Origin: Neoconidiobolus thromboides FSU 785
Taxonomy: Eukaryota; Fungi; Entomophthoromycota
DNA: 64,000 nucleotides
Assembly: GCA_025603075.1 (NCBI GenBank)
Contig: MU626288.1
Coordinates: forward strand, 1 to 64,000
Reading direction: 5' to 3'
Below are positions 61,790 through 64,000 of the stretch, piece after piece (position 1 is the stretch's first letter; every line of letters starts with the position of its first letter). The translations under genes and the position numbers were made by a program. A model generated the notes under the pieces. It made no database searches, was not told the DNA's origin, and saw nothing but the letters and a program-made list of their open reading frames with translations.

Positions 61790-63294
61790 GTCGTTATTAA
61801 TTAAATTATATCATATTAAAATATGCAATTATAATAATAAAGTTAATTTAATTGTACTATTATCATTATATTTGTTTTTAATTATTTTAAATTAAAGTAA
61901 ATTTATTAATAAAATTATCAAATTAAAAGAATTATAGCTTTCTTTTTTAAAAAAATTAGAATTAAGATTAGAACTACAAAAAACAACTGATTTTTAGCTT
62001 AAAAAGTTTAAATTAAATATTAAAAAATACATATAATTTGTCTAAAACATACTATAATATATATAAATGGAATGAAAATAATACTAGTACATCTGAAAGT
62101 AGTACATAGTATCTTTATAGGTATATATGATATCTTCAAAAATATCATATTTAGCTTTAATAGCTAGCCTAGTTGTTATAATCACTTGTGATAGTTATAA
62201 AGCCCAAAGCTACTAACAAAGAGCTTAAACAAATAAAGTTGTTATCACTTATTAAATTCAAACGTATTTTTTACTTAGACAATGTACACCATTTCCCAAA
62301 ATGTATAAAACTCTGATAGTTAGCAATTCGAAGCAAGAAACTAAAAAAAACACTATAAATCTTGGTTGTGGATGTTTTACTTCAATGTTTTAAACATTTT
62401 TCAAAAAGGTATGGTCTTGCACTGAAAAAACTATGTTTGATCATAATGGATGACTAAAAAGTATAAATGAAAAATGAAAATGGTGCTATGTTAAAATCAT
62501 TTCATTAAAAAATCGCTAAATATAAATTATAGTTTAAATATTAAAGGATGAAAATAGATTGTTATTTACTTGAAATGAACACAAGTTTTTGAATTGTTAA
62601 TTGCTATGATTTTGCAAACTAATAAAAGAAGTAAAGTACTATCTGATAGGATATTAGCCTAATGTCTAGCTCCTATTTTAAAAATAAAATTTCAAATTAA
62701 CTTTCAATAAAAGAAAATTAGTACTTAACTCAAAAGCCGATAAAGATAATTTATGATTTAATAAATTTTATTTTTAACTTCTAAACTTAAAAAGTGACTT
62801 ACCAAATTTGTATAAATAAATTTATTAAAAATCGATTTTAGTTGAATCAAATTGCTTATTAGCATGACTCATCTTTAATATTATCAGATTAAATTCGATT
62901 ATGAAATCAGAAAGCTAGCTGTGATGGATAGCGGCCTTACTGGAAAGCTGGAGAATCTATAGATTTCTTTAGATTAAGAGAGAGCTGAGTACGATTGGTT
63001 AAAAACTGCAAAATTTTTAAATTTTAATTTATGTCCTTAATTATAAAAGTCCAAAGTTGTAAAACACACTTAAATACCAATCCTACTAGTAATCTACACT
63101 GTTTATTCGCTAACAATATAAAAAAGATTGACTATCCCATAATTTCAATCCCGACGCCTTTGTCCCGAAACGCGCAGCGCTCTAAGGATTTGGAGTAAAT
63201 TCCTATAAGTTATTGGCTGGTTTAGACTTCTATATAGAAATAATATTTCCTTTTATTTATTATAAAAAATCAAAAATACAACAGTCGATTGGTA

Positions 63295-64000
63295 ATGTTT
63301 TTCAGACCAATTGTTCGTAGCTTACCGCAAAAGACTGCCTCTAATCTCCATAGTGGTCAATTTGGGTTGAGCACCTTTATAAATTCCCAGCAAAGTTCTT
63401 ATAATAACCCTAATAACCCTCCCCATCAATACTATAATCAACACAACTTAACTTACTATCAAGATTACACCCCAAATAACTCTCGTCGCTACGCTACCTT
63501 AAATGATTCTTATCTATCTAACAACTTGAATCAAAGCTTTCGTCCTTATATTACTCCCTTTACTGAAGATCATCTAGATCTCGAATCTTTATCTAATGAA
63601 GAGTATGATGACTTTATAGCAAGAATAGACGAGGAAGTACATTATTGTGCAACTAAGGGCCTTAGACTTGACCATTGTTTAACTCAAGTAAAGTACATAA
63701 AATCCCGTAGGCTTTCTAATTACATGGATGCAGTGGTACTTGCTTGCTATAAATATAGTTTAACAAATGAAGCTGAGAATTTCATCACCGATATATATAA
63801 CGAGCACGGAATTGTTCCTGGTCAAAATAGTTACTACGTCTTGATGAAAATCTGCGCCGATAGGAGTTCTTGGGATGAATTATTCAAGTGGCTTGACATT
63901 TGTATCAATAAAGGAAAACTCAACTTCGCTTGGGATGAAATTTTGACAAAATTAATTAAAGCAGACCAACAAAATGTTCATCGTTCCATGAAGTTATTCC
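63295..64000 (+). CDS. Probable mitochondrial PPR-like protein, 5' part (runs off the window end)
   Basis: Open frame from ATG 63295 to the window end with no stop. Presequence-like start MFFRPIVRSLPQKT, then helical-repeat-like text ...IYNEHGIVPGQNSYYVLMKICADRSSWDELFKWL. Confidence 0.6.
   Translation, partial: MFFRPIVRSLPQKTASNLHSGQFGLSTFINSQQSSYNNPNNPPHQYYNQHNLTYYQDYTPNNSRRYATLNDSYLSNNLNQSFRPYITPFTEDHLDLESLSNEEYDDFIARIDEEVHYCATKGLRLDHCLTQVKYIKSRRLSNYMDAVVLACYKYSLTNEAENFITDIYNEHGIVPGQNSYYVLMKICADRSSWDELFKWLDICINKGKLNFAWDEILTKLIKADQQNVHRSMKLF

Noticed and set aside
62920-62990. Possible C/D-box snoRNA (GTGATGG...CTGA, with a purine tract loosely complementary to an 18S CUCUUUCUUGAU segment)
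   Set aside because: Box C is imperfect, there is no terminal stem, the guide is low-complexity and needs G-U pairs, and I know of no methylation at that site. A snoscan/Infernal hit would be required.
1-64000. tRNA, rRNA, spliceosomal snRNA genes, CRISPR arrays, telomeric repeats, alternative genetic code
   Set aside because: No signature sequences were seen. Conserved proteins translate cleanly in the standard code once introns are removed.

Overview
Very AT-rich eukaryotic genomic DNA with short (about 45-75 nt) GT-AG introns. The gene set and a Zn2Cys6 factor point to a fungus, probably an early-diverging one (the lineage is an inference). About 24 protein-coding genes can be assembled by hand: ZCCHC10-like zinc knuckle, proteasome alpha1 (SCL1) head-to-head with RPN10, NPR2, a VPS9-domain protein, two F-box/LRR proteins, an orphan coiled-coil protein with PP1-docking-like motifs, VAM7, PAT1, a secreted 3D-domain protein, two tandem COMT-like methyltransferases, a secreted GlpQ-type GDPD, a tail-anchored coiled-coil protein, GYP2/MDR1, kinesin-14, an NPP1-like ectonucleotidase, a Zn2Cys6 factor, BRN1, VDAC and a truncated PPR-like gene. 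Three things stand out. (1) An intact 777-aa Tc1/mariner-derived ORF has its first catalytic Asp replaced by His (H-D34E). It carries three HTH-like repeats and a tandem array of SIM-like motifs, and a decayed paralog lies directly upstream, so it is a candidate domesticated transposase. (2) A roughly 105-bp fold-back (MITE-like) repeat occurs in about 10 copies, several just beyond stop codons. (3) A gene-sparse block at about 27-38.5 kb holds the F-box/LRR, 3D-domain, two COMT and GDPD genes. Spliced-gene boundaries were read by eye and need RNA-seq confirmation. No rRNA, tRNA or CRISPR array was recognised.
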